From the NCBI GenBank assembly GCA_963812755.1, contig CAWEWK010000015.1:40590-104589 (forward strand): 64,000 nucleotides of DNA, given 5' to 3'. The notes beneath the pieces are model-generated. The model was not told where the DNA came from and did no database searches. It was given only the letters and a program-made list of their open reading frames with translations. The position numbers were made by a program, and so were the translations under genes. The DNA comes from an uncultured Gemmatimonadales bacterium (GTDB taxonomy: Bacteria > Gemmatimonadota > Gemmatimonadetes > Gemmatimonadales > GWC2-71-9). Below are positions 7,588 through 17,579 of the stretch, piece by piece (within the stretch, counting starts at the first letter, position 1; each line of letters opens with the position of its first letter).

Positions 7588-8994
7588 GCCCCGCCGGCAC
7601 GAAGCTCGAGCTTTCCGAAGATTTTCGGGCCAGCCTCGCTGACCGGGGAATCGAGCTGCAGGAGGAGATCGGTCGCGGCGCCATGTCCGTGGTCTACCGC
7701 GGCATCGACCGGCGCCACGGGCGATCCATCGCCCTCAAGATCCTCAAGCCTGCCCGCTTCCTCGGGAGCCGATCCCGAGAACTTCCTCCGGGAGATCCAG
7801 CTGGCCGCCGGGCTGCAACACCCGCACATCCTGCCGGTGTACGACTCCGGTACGGTGGATGGCATTCCGTTCTATGTGATGCCCTTCGTCGAGGGAGAGT
7901 CCCTCCGGCATCGCCTGCACACCGGTCCCCTTCCGATAGGCGATGCGCTCCGGATCGCGATCGAGGTTGCCGATGCGCTCCGGTACGCTCACGCCCACGG
8001 CGTCGTGCACCGCGACATCAAGCCCGAGAACATTCTGCTCGAGGCCGGCCACGCGGTGGTGGCCGACTTCGGCGTCGCGGTGGCGTTGAGTCCGCTGGGT
8101 GACGACCCCGAGCCGGGCGCCGGCCTGGTGGGAACGCCCGACTACATCAGCCCGGAGCAGGCGAGCGGCGATATAGTGGTAGACGGACGAACCGACCTCT
8201 ACGCTCTCGCCTGCATGCTCTATGAGATGTTGGCGGGAGTACCGCCGTTCCGGGCGCGGACCGTCAAAGCAACCATCGCCCGGAGATTTCTGGGCCCGCC
8301 GGTTCCCCTCCGTCAACGGCGGCCCGAGGTTCCCGAGGCGCTCGCGGAGGCGGTAGAGAAGGGGCTGACCTTCGACCCCGCCGGCCGATTTTCCAGTGCC
8401 GCGGACTTCGAGGAGGCCCTGGCCGCGGTGGAGCGTCGCTTTAGGAGCGGGCTCCCGATCCGGAGTTGGCGGAGCCGCGGCATCACCTGGGGAGGAAGTG
8501 CGCTGGTCCTGGGAGCGATGGCCTTCCTCGCGATGGAGACCCACGGGCAGCCCGCCCGCCTCGATCCCCGCCGGGTGGTCGTGGCCGCCTTGAGCAACGA
8601 GACGGGGGACAGCGCCCTGGCACCGATGGGCCAGCAGGTCGCCTCCTGGATCACCGACCGGCTGGCAGGCACGACCGGGATCGCAGTGGTCACCTCCGCC
8701 ACCGTGGTCCCGGCCCAGCACGATCTCCATTTGGCCCTGAGCGATGCCGATGATCCCGCCCGCCTGCACGAGCTCGCCGCCGAGACCCGTGCCGGAACCC
8801 TGATCTCCGGGTCCTATTATCGAGGCGTCGGCGGCTCCATCGAGTTCCACCTCGAGATCACCGACGCCAACTCCGGACGGCTCCTCCGGGCCATCGGCCC
8901 CGTCACCACCGGCAGCCAGCCCGAGCGTACCGCCGTCGATCTGGGCCGAATGGTCGGCACGGCGATCGAGAGTCTCCTCCGACGGCGGGCTTGA
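7584..8994 (+). CDS. Membrane-anchored Ser/Thr protein kinase (1-nt frameshift near 7753)
   Basis: IGRGAMSVVY and IALK in the first frame; FLREIQ, HRDIKPEN, DFG, GTPDYISPEQ, a TM segment and a TolB-N-like domain in the second; ATGA overlap with AraC. Confidence 0.88.
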
Positions 8995-9004
8995 CCTGGC
9001 CCAT

Positions 9005-9679
9005 TCAGTCGATGTGGATCAGCCCGCGGGTGAGGGCCACCGTGACCGCCCCGGTGCGGTCGGCCACGTCCAGTTTGGCGAAGATGTTCTTGAGGTGGAT
9101 CTTGACGGTCTCGTCCATGCGCCCGATCGCCTGGGCCACTTCCTTATTACTGAACCCTCGGGCCACCAGCTGGAGGACCTCGATCTCGCGCTCGGTGAGA
9201 TCGCTCCGCTCCGGGTATTCTGCCAGCCGGCTGGCCACTCCGACCGGAATCACTCGCTCGCCGCGGAGCACGGAGCGGATAGCGGTGATGACGTCGGTAA
9301 GCAGCATGTCCTTCAGCAGGTAGCCGCGGGCCCCGACGCCGAGCGCGCGCCGGATGTCTCCATCGCCTTCGTAGGTCGTGAGCGCGAGAATCCGGGCTTC
9401 GGGGAACTCCTCCGTGATGATCCGGATGGCGTCTACCCCGCCCATCACCGGCATCCGCAGATCCATCAGGACGACATCGGGCCGGTGCTCCCGGTAGAGT
9501 GCCACTGCCCGCTCCCCGTTTTCCGCCTCGGTCACCACCTCCAGATCCGGCTGCTGGCCGATGACTGCGGCCAGCCCGGCCCGGACCACGGGGTGATCAT
9601 CCGCGATCAGGACCCGATAGTGTGCGGCGCTGGTGTCGGAAGCTTCGGTCGGGGTCATTGGTTCAGGCGATCGCGGCAT
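9005..9679 (-). CDS. NarL/LuxR family DNA-binding response regulator
   Basis: VLIADDH...DVVLMDLRMP...GYLLK; LTEREIEVLQLVARGFSNKEVA HTH. Confidence 0.97.
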   Translation of the reverse strand: MPRSPEPMTPTEASDTSAAHYRVLIADDHPVVRAGLAAVIGQQPDLEVVTEAENGERAVALYREHRPDVVLMDLRMPVMGGVDAIRIITEEFPEARILALTTYEGDGDIRRALGVGARGYLLKDMLLTDVITAIRSVLRGERVIPVGVASRLAEYPERSDLTEREIEVLQLVARGFSNKEVAQAIGRMDETVKIHLKNIFAKLDVADRTGAVTVALTRGLIHID

Positions 9680-9712
9680 ACTTCAAGAAACGGCACGAGG
9701 ATGCCGGAGGCA

Positions 9713-9730
9713 ATTCCCCGTTCGGGGAGT
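9713..9730. promoter_or_regulatory. Palindromic box between response regulator and kinase genes
   Basis: ATTCCCCG-TT-CGGGGAGT. Confidence 0.6.
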
Positions 9731-9864
9731 ATTGGCCGGCCGGCATTGGCCGGGGCTGGACTCAGGCCGAACCGCCTGCAATTCTTGACCATAGACCTCG
9801 AGACTCCAACCACTCAGCGGTGCCGGCGACTCCGGACCACGCGACGGCGGAGGTAGGTCAGGCG

Positions 9865-11286
9865 TTGCCTCTTCAGATGACTCCGATCACCGAGCGGCCG
9901 TTCAGGCGTTCCACCGCGCACGCGCTGGTGGGCGGCGCGTTGGTGGTGTGCCTCACCTACGTCTGGTATCGCCTCCAGCTCGACGTCGCCACCGCCGCGC
10001 TCCTGAACCTTATCGCAGTCGTGCTGCTGTCCCTCATCGGTACCTTCGTGTCCTCGGCGCTGGTCTCCCTCGCTGCTGCGCTGAGCCTGCACTACTTCTT
10101 CATCGCTCCGGCGTTCTCCTGGTGGTTGGACGATCCGCTCGACATGGCCGCGTTGGCCGCCTTCCTGACCACCGCGCTGATCGTCACCCGATTGCTGTCC
10201 AAGGTGCGCCAATCGCTGCGCGAGGCGCAGCGAGCTCAGGAGGAGCTGCGACTCGCCATCGACACCATTCCGGCCCTGGTCTGGTCCACCCGGCCGGACG
10301 GCTCCGATGAGTTCAGCAATCAGCGCTGGCTGGAGTACACCGGTCTCTCCCGGGATGACGCGCACGACTGGGGCTTCACGGCGGCGATTCATCCCGACGA
10401 CTACGAGCGGCTGCTGCCCCACTGGTCGGAGAGCTTCAAGGACGGGGTGCCCATCGAGGATGAAGCGCGCCTGCGTCGGTCCGACGGGGTGTACCGCTGG
10501 TTCCTGCAACGCGCGGTTCCCTTGCGCGACGGCCTGGGCCGGATCGTCAAATGGTACGGCACCAGCACCGATATCGACGACCGCAAGCAGGCGGAGGAAG
10601 CGGCCCAACGGGCGCAAACTCAGCTGCGCCGGGTGCGGGAGCGTGCGCTCCGGACTCGCTTTGCCGCGGTACTCGACGAGCGCACCCGGCTCGCGCGCGA
10701 GATCCACGACACCCTGCTCCAGGGCTTCACCGGTATCGCGCTGAAGCTGGTGGCGGTGGCCAACCAGCTGAGCGGGTCGCCGGAGGCGAGCGCCGCGCTC
10801 CGCGACGTCATCGCACTGGCTCAGAAAACCCTCGGCGACGCCCGCCGCGCCGTGTGGGACCTTCGGACGCCGCCGACCAACGAGGGCGACTTCGCCACCG
10901 GGCTCCGCCGCCTGGCGGAGGAGAGCGTGCGCGGGACCGGGCTAACGCTCGAGTTCAAGGTGGAAGGCGTGCCCCGCGCGATCGACGCCGACGTCGAGGC
11001 CGCGGCCGTCCGCGTCGTGCAGGAGTCCATCAGCAACATCGTGAAGCATGCCGGCGCTCAGAGAGTGCGGGTGGGACTCTTCTTCGACGCGCGCCGCCTG
11101 CGGTTGTCGGTGCGGGACGATGGCCGCGGCTTCACCGTGGAGCCGAACCTCCAGGCCTATGGCGGTCACTGGGGGTTGCTCGGAATGCGCGAGCGCGCCA
11201 CTCAGCTCCACGGTGTGCTCAAGGTCCGGAGCACCCCGGGTCGGGGCACCGACATCGTGCTGCTGGTCCCGGCCACGACGCCCTAG
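9865..11286 (+). CDS. Sensor histidine kinase (KdpD-like TM region, PAS, HisKA_3, HATPase)
   Basis: Four TM segments; PAS (AIHPDD...YRWFL...WYGTSTDIDDRK); ERTRLAREIHDTLLQ; NIVKHA, DDGRGF, GLLGMRERA. Start is TTG 9865 (GGAGGT RBS) or ATG 9877. Confidence 0.95.
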   Translation: MPLQMTPITERPFRRSTAHALVGGALVVCLTYVWYRLQLDVATAALLNLIAVVLLSLIGTFVSSALVSLAAALSLHYFFIAPAFSWWLDDPLDMAALAAFLTTALIVTRLLSKVRQSLREAQRAQEELRLAIDTIPALVWSTRPDGSDEFSNQRWLEYTGLSRDDAHDWGFTAAIHPDDYERLLPHWSESFKDGVPIEDEARLRRSDGVYRWFLQRAVPLRDGLGRIVKWYGTSTDIDDRKQAEEAAQRAQTQLRRVRERALRTRFAAVLDERTRLAREIHDTLLQGFTGIALKLVAVANQLSGSPEASAALRDVIALAQKTLGDARRAVWDLRTPPTNEGDFATGLRRLAEESVRGTGLTLEFKVEGVPRAIDADVEAAAVRVVQESISNIVKHAGAQRVRVGLFFDARRLRLSVRDDGRGFTVEPNLQAYGGHWGLLGMRERATQLHGVLKVRSTPGRGTDIVLLVPATTP

Positions 11287-11667
11287 TCACGCCCTGGACT
11301 GGAAAATCCCGTCCACCAACTCGACCAGCATCTCCGGGGAGAAGGGCTTGGGCAGGCAGCGCACCGGCGCCAGGTCAGACTCGGCGAGCCAGGCGAAGGG
11401 ATCGCCGGACATGTACAACACTGGAATGTTCCGGTGACGCTCGGCCATCTGCCGCGCGAGCTCGACGCCTCCCACTCTCGGCATCCGCAGATCGGTCAGC
11501 ACCAGATCGATGCCGCCGGTCCCGCCATCGAGCAGCTCGAGGGCCTCCGCGCCATCGCCGGCTCCGAGTACCCGGTACCCGGCGCTCTCCAGCGCGCGTG
11601 CCGCCATAGATCGAACCAGACTTTCGTCGTCCACTACCAGGATGGAGAACTCCTCAGCGCTCGACAT
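11287..11667 (-). CDS. Single-domain response regulator receiver
   Basis: ILVVDDE...DLVLTDLRMP...LYMSG...LPKPF. Confidence 0.92.
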   Translation of the reverse strand: MSSAEEFSILVVDDESLVRSMAARALESAGYRVLGAGDGAEALELLDGGTGGIDLVLTDLRMPRVGGVELARQMAERHRNIPVLYMSGDPFAWLAESDLAPVRCLPKPFSPEMLVELVDGIFQSRA

Positions 11668-11668
11668 C

Positions 11669-12643
11669 TCAAGCCCTCGCTTCGGATGGTATCGGGGTGA
11701 GACGATCTGGTGCGGCGGGGCCCGGGATCGCCGTGGCCTCCACGGTGAAGGCCTGAGATCGCGCGAGGGACCGGAGCTCACCCAGGAGCAGATCGGGAGG
11801 GTACCGTTTCCGGAAGCGCACGACGTAGCGGATGGTCTGCCCGTCTTCGTCCAGGCTCTCGTTCATCACGCGCCAATGCTTGGTGCCGCGCTCGAGGCGA
11901 GCCTCGATGGCATGGCGCACCTGCCCCAGATCCCTTCCCCGAATGGTGAGATACCCTGAATCAGCCTGAGCCAAATCAGGCTGGTGATGCCGGTGGTGTG
12001 GGTGTGCGGGATGTCGCGGATTGCCGGTGATGCGGAAGGGGCTCCGGGAGAGCAGGAGTACCATCAGGGAGAAGATCACGCTGATAGCCAGCGCGATGTC
12101 CAGCGCCTGGCCTCCGGCCGCCAGCCCGATGGCCACCGCCACGAACACATACACCGCGTCGTTGGTGTTCTTGAGTGAATTGCGAAACCGCACTGCCGTC
12201 GCGACGCCCGCCAGACTGAATGCCATCGCCAGACTGCCTTGAATCACGATCAGAATCCCGGCAATCGTCGGGGCCAGGATGATGCTGCTGTGCATCACGC
12301 TGGGGTCGTAGTCCTCGGGCGGCTTGGTCAACATGTAGGCCACCGCCACCGGCAGGGTCAAAAGAATGGCTCCGATCATCGCCAGCGCGGTGGCGGCAAC
12401 GGCGCCCCACTGCCACTCGACCACCGGCTCCAGCTCTCCCAGTTGTCGGGTGACCTTCCGCTGGTGGTGCCCCACCCCGCCCGAAGCGCTCTGGCTCGCG
12501 CTGTCGGCTGATACCTCCTGCTTGAGCATCGTGCTGTCCGCCGCTGCACCGCCGACCGGTGCCCCCTGCGCGGACGCTGCGCCGGCCCCCGCCAACCACA
12601 GCAGTAGCGCGACGCCGAACGTCCGATTCAGTCGGGTGGTCAT
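11669..12643 (-). CDS. DUF4956-like membrane protein
   Basis: IQGSLAMAFSLAGVATAVRFRNSLKNTNDAVYVFVAVAIGLAAG motif; N-terminal signal peptide. Confidence 0.85.
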   Translation of the reverse strand: MTTRLNRTFGVALLLWLAGAGAASAQGAPVGGAAADSTMLKQEVSADSASQSASGGVGHHQRKVTRQLGELEPVVEWQWGAVAATALAMIGAILLTLPVAVAYMLTKPPEDYDPSVMHSSIILAPTIAGILIVIQGSLAMAFSLAGVATAVRFRNSLKNTNDAVYVFVAVAIGLAAGGQALDIALAISVIFSLMVLLLSRSPFRITGNPRHPAHPHHRHHQPDLAQADSGYLTIRGRDLGQVRHAIEARLERGTKHWRVMNESLDEDGQTIRYVVRFRKRYPPDLLLGELRSLARSQAFTVEATAIPGPAAPDRLTPIPSEARA

Positions 12644-12689
12644 GCGACACCATACACGGCGCTATCCAGGCCGCATTGTGCCTTGTTGA

Positions 12690-12705
12690 TCCCCCGATCA
12701 GGGGA
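12690..12705. promoter_or_regulatory. Palindromic box in divergent intergenic region
   Basis: TCCCCCG-AT-CAGGGGA. Confidence 0.5.
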
Positions 12706-12803
12706 GTGTCTTGCTGAGCCCGACAGGGGTATCAAGCACGTCCAAGACGGTGGACGCTCGCCCCGGCAGCTTGGTGGCAACCTTCAGAAGGGAGATGCAG
12801 CTC

Positions 12804-13205
12804 ATGTGGACTCTGAGAACGATGCTGGTGGGCCTGGCAATCCTGTCGGCCGGGTGCGGTGCGGCGCGCTCCGCCCCGCAGGCGACCGCGCCCAGCCCAG
12901 CCCCCAGCCAGGCGGACCGGGGCAAGACCCGGGTCGAGATCGACAATCAGAACTTCAACGACATGACCATCTATCTGATCGAGCCGGGCACCCGCGTCCT
13001 GCTCGGGTCGGTAACTGGTCTCACCAAGACCACGCTGACGATTCCGCGGGGAGGCGTAGGGGGTGACTGGAAAGTCGTTCTGCTGGCGGATCCGGTCGGC
13101 GGCTCCTCTCCGATCCGCACGCCGAGCCTCCTGGTCGCACCGGGCCAGAGTGTCTTCTGGACCATCGGCGCGAACTCGGCCGACTCCTTCGCCTCCGCTG
13201 GATAG
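12804..13205 (+). CDS. Hypothetical lipoprotein (beta-rich)
   Basis: GGGAG RBS; lipobox LSAGC; VEIDNQNFNDMTIY...LLGSVTG. Confidence 0.8.
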   Translation: MWTLRTMLVGLAILSAGCGAARSAPQATAPSPAPSQADRGKTRVEIDNQNFNDMTIYLIEPGTRVLLGSVTGLTKTTLTIPRGGVGGDWKVVLLADPVGGSSPIRTPSLLVAPGQSVFWTIGANSADSFASAG

Positions 13206-13216
13206 AGCAGCACCGC

Positions 13217-15787
13217 ATGGCCGCCCGCCCAGGCCCCGGCGCCATCCTAGATCGCCTGAGCGGGCTGCTCACCGTCGCTCTCTTCGCGGGGGCCATCGCG
13301 CTGCTCCACCACGACCTCGCCGCCTACAGCTACCACGACATCACTCGGGCGGTAAAGGCCACCACCGGAGCGCAGCTCGGGTGGGCGGTCATGCTGACTG
13401 CGCTGGCCTACGCCGTGCTCCCGGGATACGACGCGATGGCCCTGAGCTACGTTCGCCATCCGCTGCCGCTGCACCGCACCGCCTTCGGCTCCTTCATCGC
13501 CTACGCGTTCAGCCAGATGCTGGGGTTTCCCCTGCTCACCGGAGGCTCGGTGCGCTATCGGCTGTGGTCGTCCTGGGGACTCTCCAGCGCGGAGATCGGA
13601 AGCGCCGTGGGCTTCGTCGCCTTCAGCTTTACTCTCGGCATGCTGGTGGCGAGCGGGGTGGTCTTTACTCTGGAGCCGGCGAGTTCCGCGGCGCTGCTCA
13701 AGCTGCCGTTCGCATCGCTGCGCCCGTTGGGGGTCTTCAATCTGGTGCTGGTGGGCACCTACGTGGTGTGGAGTCTGCTGTGGCGGAAACCGGTGTCACT
13801 CAAGGGCTGGGCCATACCGGTGCCGGCGCCCCGGGTGGTCGCGGCCCAGGTGCTGGTCCCGGCCCTCGATTGGGCCCTGGCCGGCGCGGCGCTGTACGTC
13901 CTGCTCCCCAGTGGTCACGGCCTCAGCTTCCTGACCTTCCTGGGGATCTACCTGCTCGCGCAGTTCACCGGGCTGATCAGTCATGTCCCGGGCGGTTTGG
14001 GCGTGTTCGAGTCTCTGATGGTGGTGCTGCTCAAACCGTACCTGAGCACCTCGAGTCTCCTGGGCGCTCTCATCGCCTACCGGGGAGTCTACTACCTGCT
14101 TCCCTTCGCGCTGGGAGTGGTGCTGCTCGGCGCGTACGAGCTTCGTCCCTATGGGGCTCGCGCCGCCGGCGTGGTCCGCACCTTCGGTGGTTGGGTTCCC
14201 CGACTCCTGCCCCAGGTGCTCTCGGCCGCCGTCTTCCTGACCGGCATCATTCTGCTCGTGTCCGGAGCAACGCCGGGCGTCCATGAGCGCATCACCTGGT
14301 TGGGTCAATTGCTGCCCCTCGGCGTCATCGAGCTCAGCCACTTCACCGCGAGCCTCGCCGGGGTGGGGCTCCTGGTGTTGGCCTGGGGACTGTGGCACCG
14401 GCTGGACGCCGCCTATGGCCTCACCGTCACGCTGCTGGGCGCCGGCATCGCCGCTTCCCTGCTCAAGGGCGCCGACTGGGAGGAAGCATCCGCGCTTCTG
14501 ATCGTGCTCGGCGCCTTGGTTCCCGCCCGGCGGCATTTCTACCGCAAGTCGGCTCTTTCCGCTGAGCCCCTCGAGCTCGGCTGGGTGCTGGCCATTCTCG
14601 CGGTGGTCGGCGCCTCGATCTGGCTCGGCCTGTTCGCCCACAAGCACGTGCCCTACCGCAACGAGCTGTGGTGGCAGTTCGTGCTCCACGGCGACGCGCC
14701 CCGGTTCATGCGCGCGACCGTGGGAGTGCTGGGCCTGCTGCTGGTGCTGGGACTGATGCGACTGCTGCGGCACACGGTACCGGGGATCCGGCTTCCCGAC
14801 CCGGCCGAGCTCGACCGCCTCGGCCCGGTGCTGGACGCATCGTCGAGCTCTTCGGTCAACCTGGCCCTGCTGGGCGACAAGGCGTTGCTCTACAGCCGGA
14901 GCGGTCGCGGCATGTTGATGTACGGCGTCTCCGGCCGCAGCTGGGTCGCGTTGGGGGATCTGATCGGCAGCGAGGATGAGCAGGGAGAGCTGGCCTGGAA
15001 GCTCCGGGAGCTGGCCGACCGCCATGGTGGATGGACCGTGTTTTACGAGGTCGGAGTTGAGCACCTGCCGCTGTACATCGATCTGGGGCTGACCCTGATG
15101 AAGCTGGGCGAAGACGGCCGGGTGGCGCTGGCGGATTTCTCACTCGACGGGAGCAACCGCCGCAGCCTGCGCCGCACCCAGCGACAAATGGAGCGGGCGG
15201 GCGCCACGTTCGAAGTCGTCCCGCCCGAGCTGCTTCCGCCTTTGCTTCCCGCCCTTCGTGCCGTGTCCGACGCCTGGCTTCGAGAAAAGCGCACCCGGGA
15301 GAAGGGATTTTCCCTGGGGAGATTCGACGAGCACTATGTGGTCCGCTTCCCCACCGCGCTGGTACGCCTGAACGGCGAGATCGTCGCCTTCGCCACCGTG
15401 TGGACCACCCGATCGAAAGCCGAGCTGTCGGTCGATCTGATGCGGCACACCCCGCAGGCCCCCGGTGGAGTGATGCAGTTCATCTTCACCGAGCTGATGC
15501 TCTGGGGCCAGGCTCGCGGGTACCAGAACTTCCGGCTCGGCATGGCACCCCTCGCCGGGATGGAGAGCCGGGCCCTCGCTCCGCTGTGGAATCGAGTGGG
15601 GGCATTCATGTACCACCACGGTGAGCATTTCTACAACTTCCAGGGTCTCCGCGAGTACAAGAGCAAATTCGATCCCATCTGGGAGCCCCGCTATCTCGCG
15701 TGCCCCGGCGGACTCGTCCTGCCCCGCATCCTGGCGAACATCGCCACGCTGATCGGCGGCGGCTTGAAGGGTGTCGTGGCGAAGTAA
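13217..15787 (+). CDS. mprF: Bifunctional lysylphosphatidylglycerol flippase/synthetase MprF
   Basis: 856 aa; GGSVRYRLW, SHVPGGLGVFE, LALLGDK, KLGEDG, EKGFSLG, SVDLMR, LGMAPL, FYNFQGLREYKSKFDPIWEPRY. Confidence 0.97.
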   Translation: MAARPGPGAILDRLSGLLTVALFAGAIALLHHDLAAYSYHDITRAVKATTGAQLGWAVMLTALAYAVLPGYDAMALSYVRHPLPLHRTAFGSFIAYAFSQMLGFPLLTGGSVRYRLWSSWGLSSAEIGSAVGFVAFSFTLGMLVASGVVFTLEPASSAALLKLPFASLRPLGVFNLVLVGTYVVWSLLWRKPVSLKGWAIPVPAPRVVAAQVLVPALDWALAGAALYVLLPSGHGLSFLTFLGIYLLAQFTGLISHVPGGLGVFESLMVVLLKPYLSTSSLLGALIAYRGVYYLLPFALGVVLLGAYELRPYGARAAGVVRTFGGWVPRLLPQVLSAAVFLTGIILLVSGATPGVHERITWLGQLLPLGVIELSHFTASLAGVGLLVLAWGLWHRLDAAYGLTVTLLGAGIAASLLKGADWEEASALLIVLGALVPARRHFYRKSALSAEPLELGWVLAILAVVGASIWLGLFAHKHVPYRNELWWQFVLHGDAPRFMRATVGVLGLLLVLGLMRLLRHTVPGIRLPDPAELDRLGPVLDASSSSSVNLALLGDKALLYSRSGRGMLMYGVSGRSWVALGDLIGSEDEQGELAWKLRELADRHGGWTVFYEVGVEHLPLYIDLGLTLMKLGEDGRVALADFSLDGSNRRSLRRTQRQMERAGATFEVVPPELLPPLLPALRAVSDAWLREKRTREKGFSLGRFDEHYVVRFPTALVRLNGEIVAFATVWTTRSKAELSVDLMRHTPQAPGGVMQFIFTELMLWGQARGYQNFRLGMAPLAGMESRALAPLWNRVGAFMYHHGEHFYNFQGLREYKSKFDPIWEPRYLACPGGLVLPRILANIATLIGGGLKGVVAK

Positions 15788-15797
15788 GCGGCATGGA

Positions 15798-15854
15798 CAC
15801 TGCAACAGCGAACCACCTTAGTGTTCCGTGTCTCCGTGGTTTGTAGTTGCAGTG
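15798..15854. terminator. Long hairpin between convergent mprF and acvB-like genes
   Basis: CACTGCAAC-a-GCGAACCAC...GTGGTTTGT-a-GTTGCAGTG. Confidence 0.45.
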
Positions 15855-15888
15855 GCGGAGCGCAGTACGGAGCGGCGCTGTGCGATGG

Positions 15889-16617
15889 CTATGATGGGAC
15901 GGCCTTCAAGATCAGATTAGCTACCTCCTTCCCATCACTTCCCGAGATCCGATGCCCGCCGGTGTGAGTATCCAGCCGGGTCAGGGTGGTGTCCAGTCTG
16001 CTGCACAACGAATTGCGCTCGCTGGTCCCGCGCACGCAGAGCAGCGGCATTCCCCGCAGCTTCTGGACTTCCGGCAGTACCGGCAGATCTCCCGGATGGG
16101 AGATGGTCAGAACCACGTCGACCGGATGGAACTGAAAGCTGGCCCGGTCCTCGAGGCCTAAGAAAGCGACCAGGACGATGCGGTGCCGCAGCTCCGGGCT
16201 CAGGCGGGAGATCATGAACGGCAGCAGGTTCGCGCCATGGGAATAGCCGATCAGCAGTACCCGCTCTTTGTGCCAGGCGGCCAGGTAGCGCTCCAGCAGG
16301 CGGCTCAGATCGGCCGCCGCGCCGTCCGGCGTGCGGGTGGTGGAGACGTACGAGGGCGTGTCGAATCCGACCACCGGAATTCCTTTGTCCGCTATCACGC
16401 CGGCCATCTGCTTGTCTACCGTGACCCATCCACCGTCTCCGCTGAGGATCACCGCCAGCAGCGAGCCCGATGGGCTTCGAGCCGGGGTCTCCACCACCGG
16501 CAGTCCGGCGATTCCGGTCGCTAGGTTCGACGCACGCGATTGGGCGAACACCCTGCTGACCGGCCCCAGTGGGGCCGGCCATGAAGGTGAGAGCAAGCAG
16601 CATCCGTGCGAAGTCAC
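15889..16617 (-). CDS. AcvB/VirJ family lysyl-phosphatidylglycerol hydrolase
   Basis: SGDGGW, GIPVVGFD, LIGYSHGA, GGH. Start uncertain: a signal-like MLLALTFMA lies in another frame, possible indel near 16577. Confidence 0.85.
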   Translation of the reverse strand: MTSHGCCLLSPSWPAPLGPVSRVFAQSRASNLATGIAGLPVVETPARSPSGSLLAVILSGDGGWVTVDKQMAGVIADKGIPVVGFDTPSYVSTTRTPDGAAADLSRLLERYLAAWHKERVLLIGYSHGANLLPFMISRLSPELRHRIVLVAFLGLEDRASFQFHPVDVVLTISHPGDLPVLPEVQKLRGMPLLCVRGTSERNSLCSRLDTTLTRLDTHTGGHRISGSDGKEVANLILKAVPS

Positions 16618-16623
16618 GTCGGC

Positions 16624-17205
16624 TCAACTGTGGCTCCTGTTCTTGAGCCACGCCGGCGTCTTGGCCTCGGGGTCCACCTTCAGGCGGATCCACATCCCCG
16701 AGTGTGCCTGGCCCGGAACGCCACTGACGATTCGGTAGTTGCCGCTCGGCGCCGCGGTGAATCGGATCACGTCCTCGCCATGGAGCGGCAGGCCTTGGCT
16801 CAGGTTTTTGGTCGCTGCATGGGCGATGGCGGGCTGATCGATCCGCGATGGGATCGGGCCGGTATCGCCGATGACCGCGGCGCTGTGGGGTAGACTGTCC
16901 TGATTTACAAAACTCAGCACCACGGTACTGTTGGCCGGGACCACCAGCGTCGCCTTCCCGTTCCGGTAGCCATTGAAGTTGAGCCGGCTGTGGCCTCGCG
17001 GCTCGCCCGCCACCAGCTTGAAGGTCACGGTGTTGGCCTTGGCGTCGTAGGAAAGCCACTTGTGCGCGTGCTTCGCCGGTCCGGGCCGGGGACTCTGGTG
17101 ATGCACCGCGGTGGTGTCCGACGGCGCGGGGGACTGCGGCGGCGGCACCGTCCCGGTCAGCGTCAGCGCAACAGTGGCGATTCCTGGTAAAGCGTTGGTC
17201 ATCAT
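16624..17205 (-). CDS. Sulfocyanin (SoxE)-like cupredoxin with substituted copper ligands
   Basis: LNFNGY..G...VVP...FVNQDSLPHS...GNYRIVSGVPGQAHSGMW. Confidence 0.85.
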   Translation of the reverse strand: MMTNALPGIATVALTLTGTVPPPQSPAPSDTTAVHHQSPRPGPAKHAHKWLSYDAKANTVTFKLVAGEPRGHSRLNFNGYRNGKATLVVPANSTVVLSFVNQDSLPHSAAVIGDTGPIPSRIDQPAIAHAATKNLSQGLPLHGEDVIRFTAAPSGNYRIVSGVPGQAHSGMWIRLKVDPEAKTPAWLKNRSHS

Positions 17206-17222
17206 CTTTCAAATCCCTTCTC

Positions 17223-17561
17223 TCAGAGTAGCTCGTACGCGATCACGGTGCAGACCACCGTCATCACGACGAGGGCACAAAGGAAGCAGCCATCGGCCAG
17301 CCGCTCGAGCCTGCGCCGCTTGCTTCTGGACCGCGAGCGCAGGCTGGCGTATGCCAGGATGCAGGCCAGCAGAAAGAGCACGGCATCGCCGGCGAGAATG
17401 TTGTCGGTCGGTGTGCTCCCGTGTTGGAGATGAAGCACCACCTGAATCAACCCGATGACCGTGAGGCAAACACCCACCAGAGCTGCCGAGAGGCCGACGA
17501 TGTGGACCGCCAGGTCGGTATCGGCCTGGCGGTCCTGCTCGTAATCCGAGTCGTGGTTCAT
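17223..17561 (-). CDS. Small 3-TM hypothetical membrane protein
   Basis: HIVGLSAALVGVCLTVIGLI...DAVLFLLACILAYASLR...LERLADGCF. Confidence 0.8.
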   Translation of the reverse strand: MNHDSDYEQDRQADTDLAVHIVGLSAALVGVCLTVIGLIQVVLHLQHGSTPTDNILAGDAVLFLLACILAYASLRSRSRSKRRRLERLADGCFLCALVVMTVVCTVIAYELL

Positions 17562-17579
17562 GCGGCTGTCGCCGAGATG

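Noticed and set aside
13217-16617. mprF plus acvB/virJ pairing as a novel system
   Set aside because: This is an established synthase/hydrolase pair for lysyl-phosphatidylglycerol homeostasis; only the convergent layout differs.
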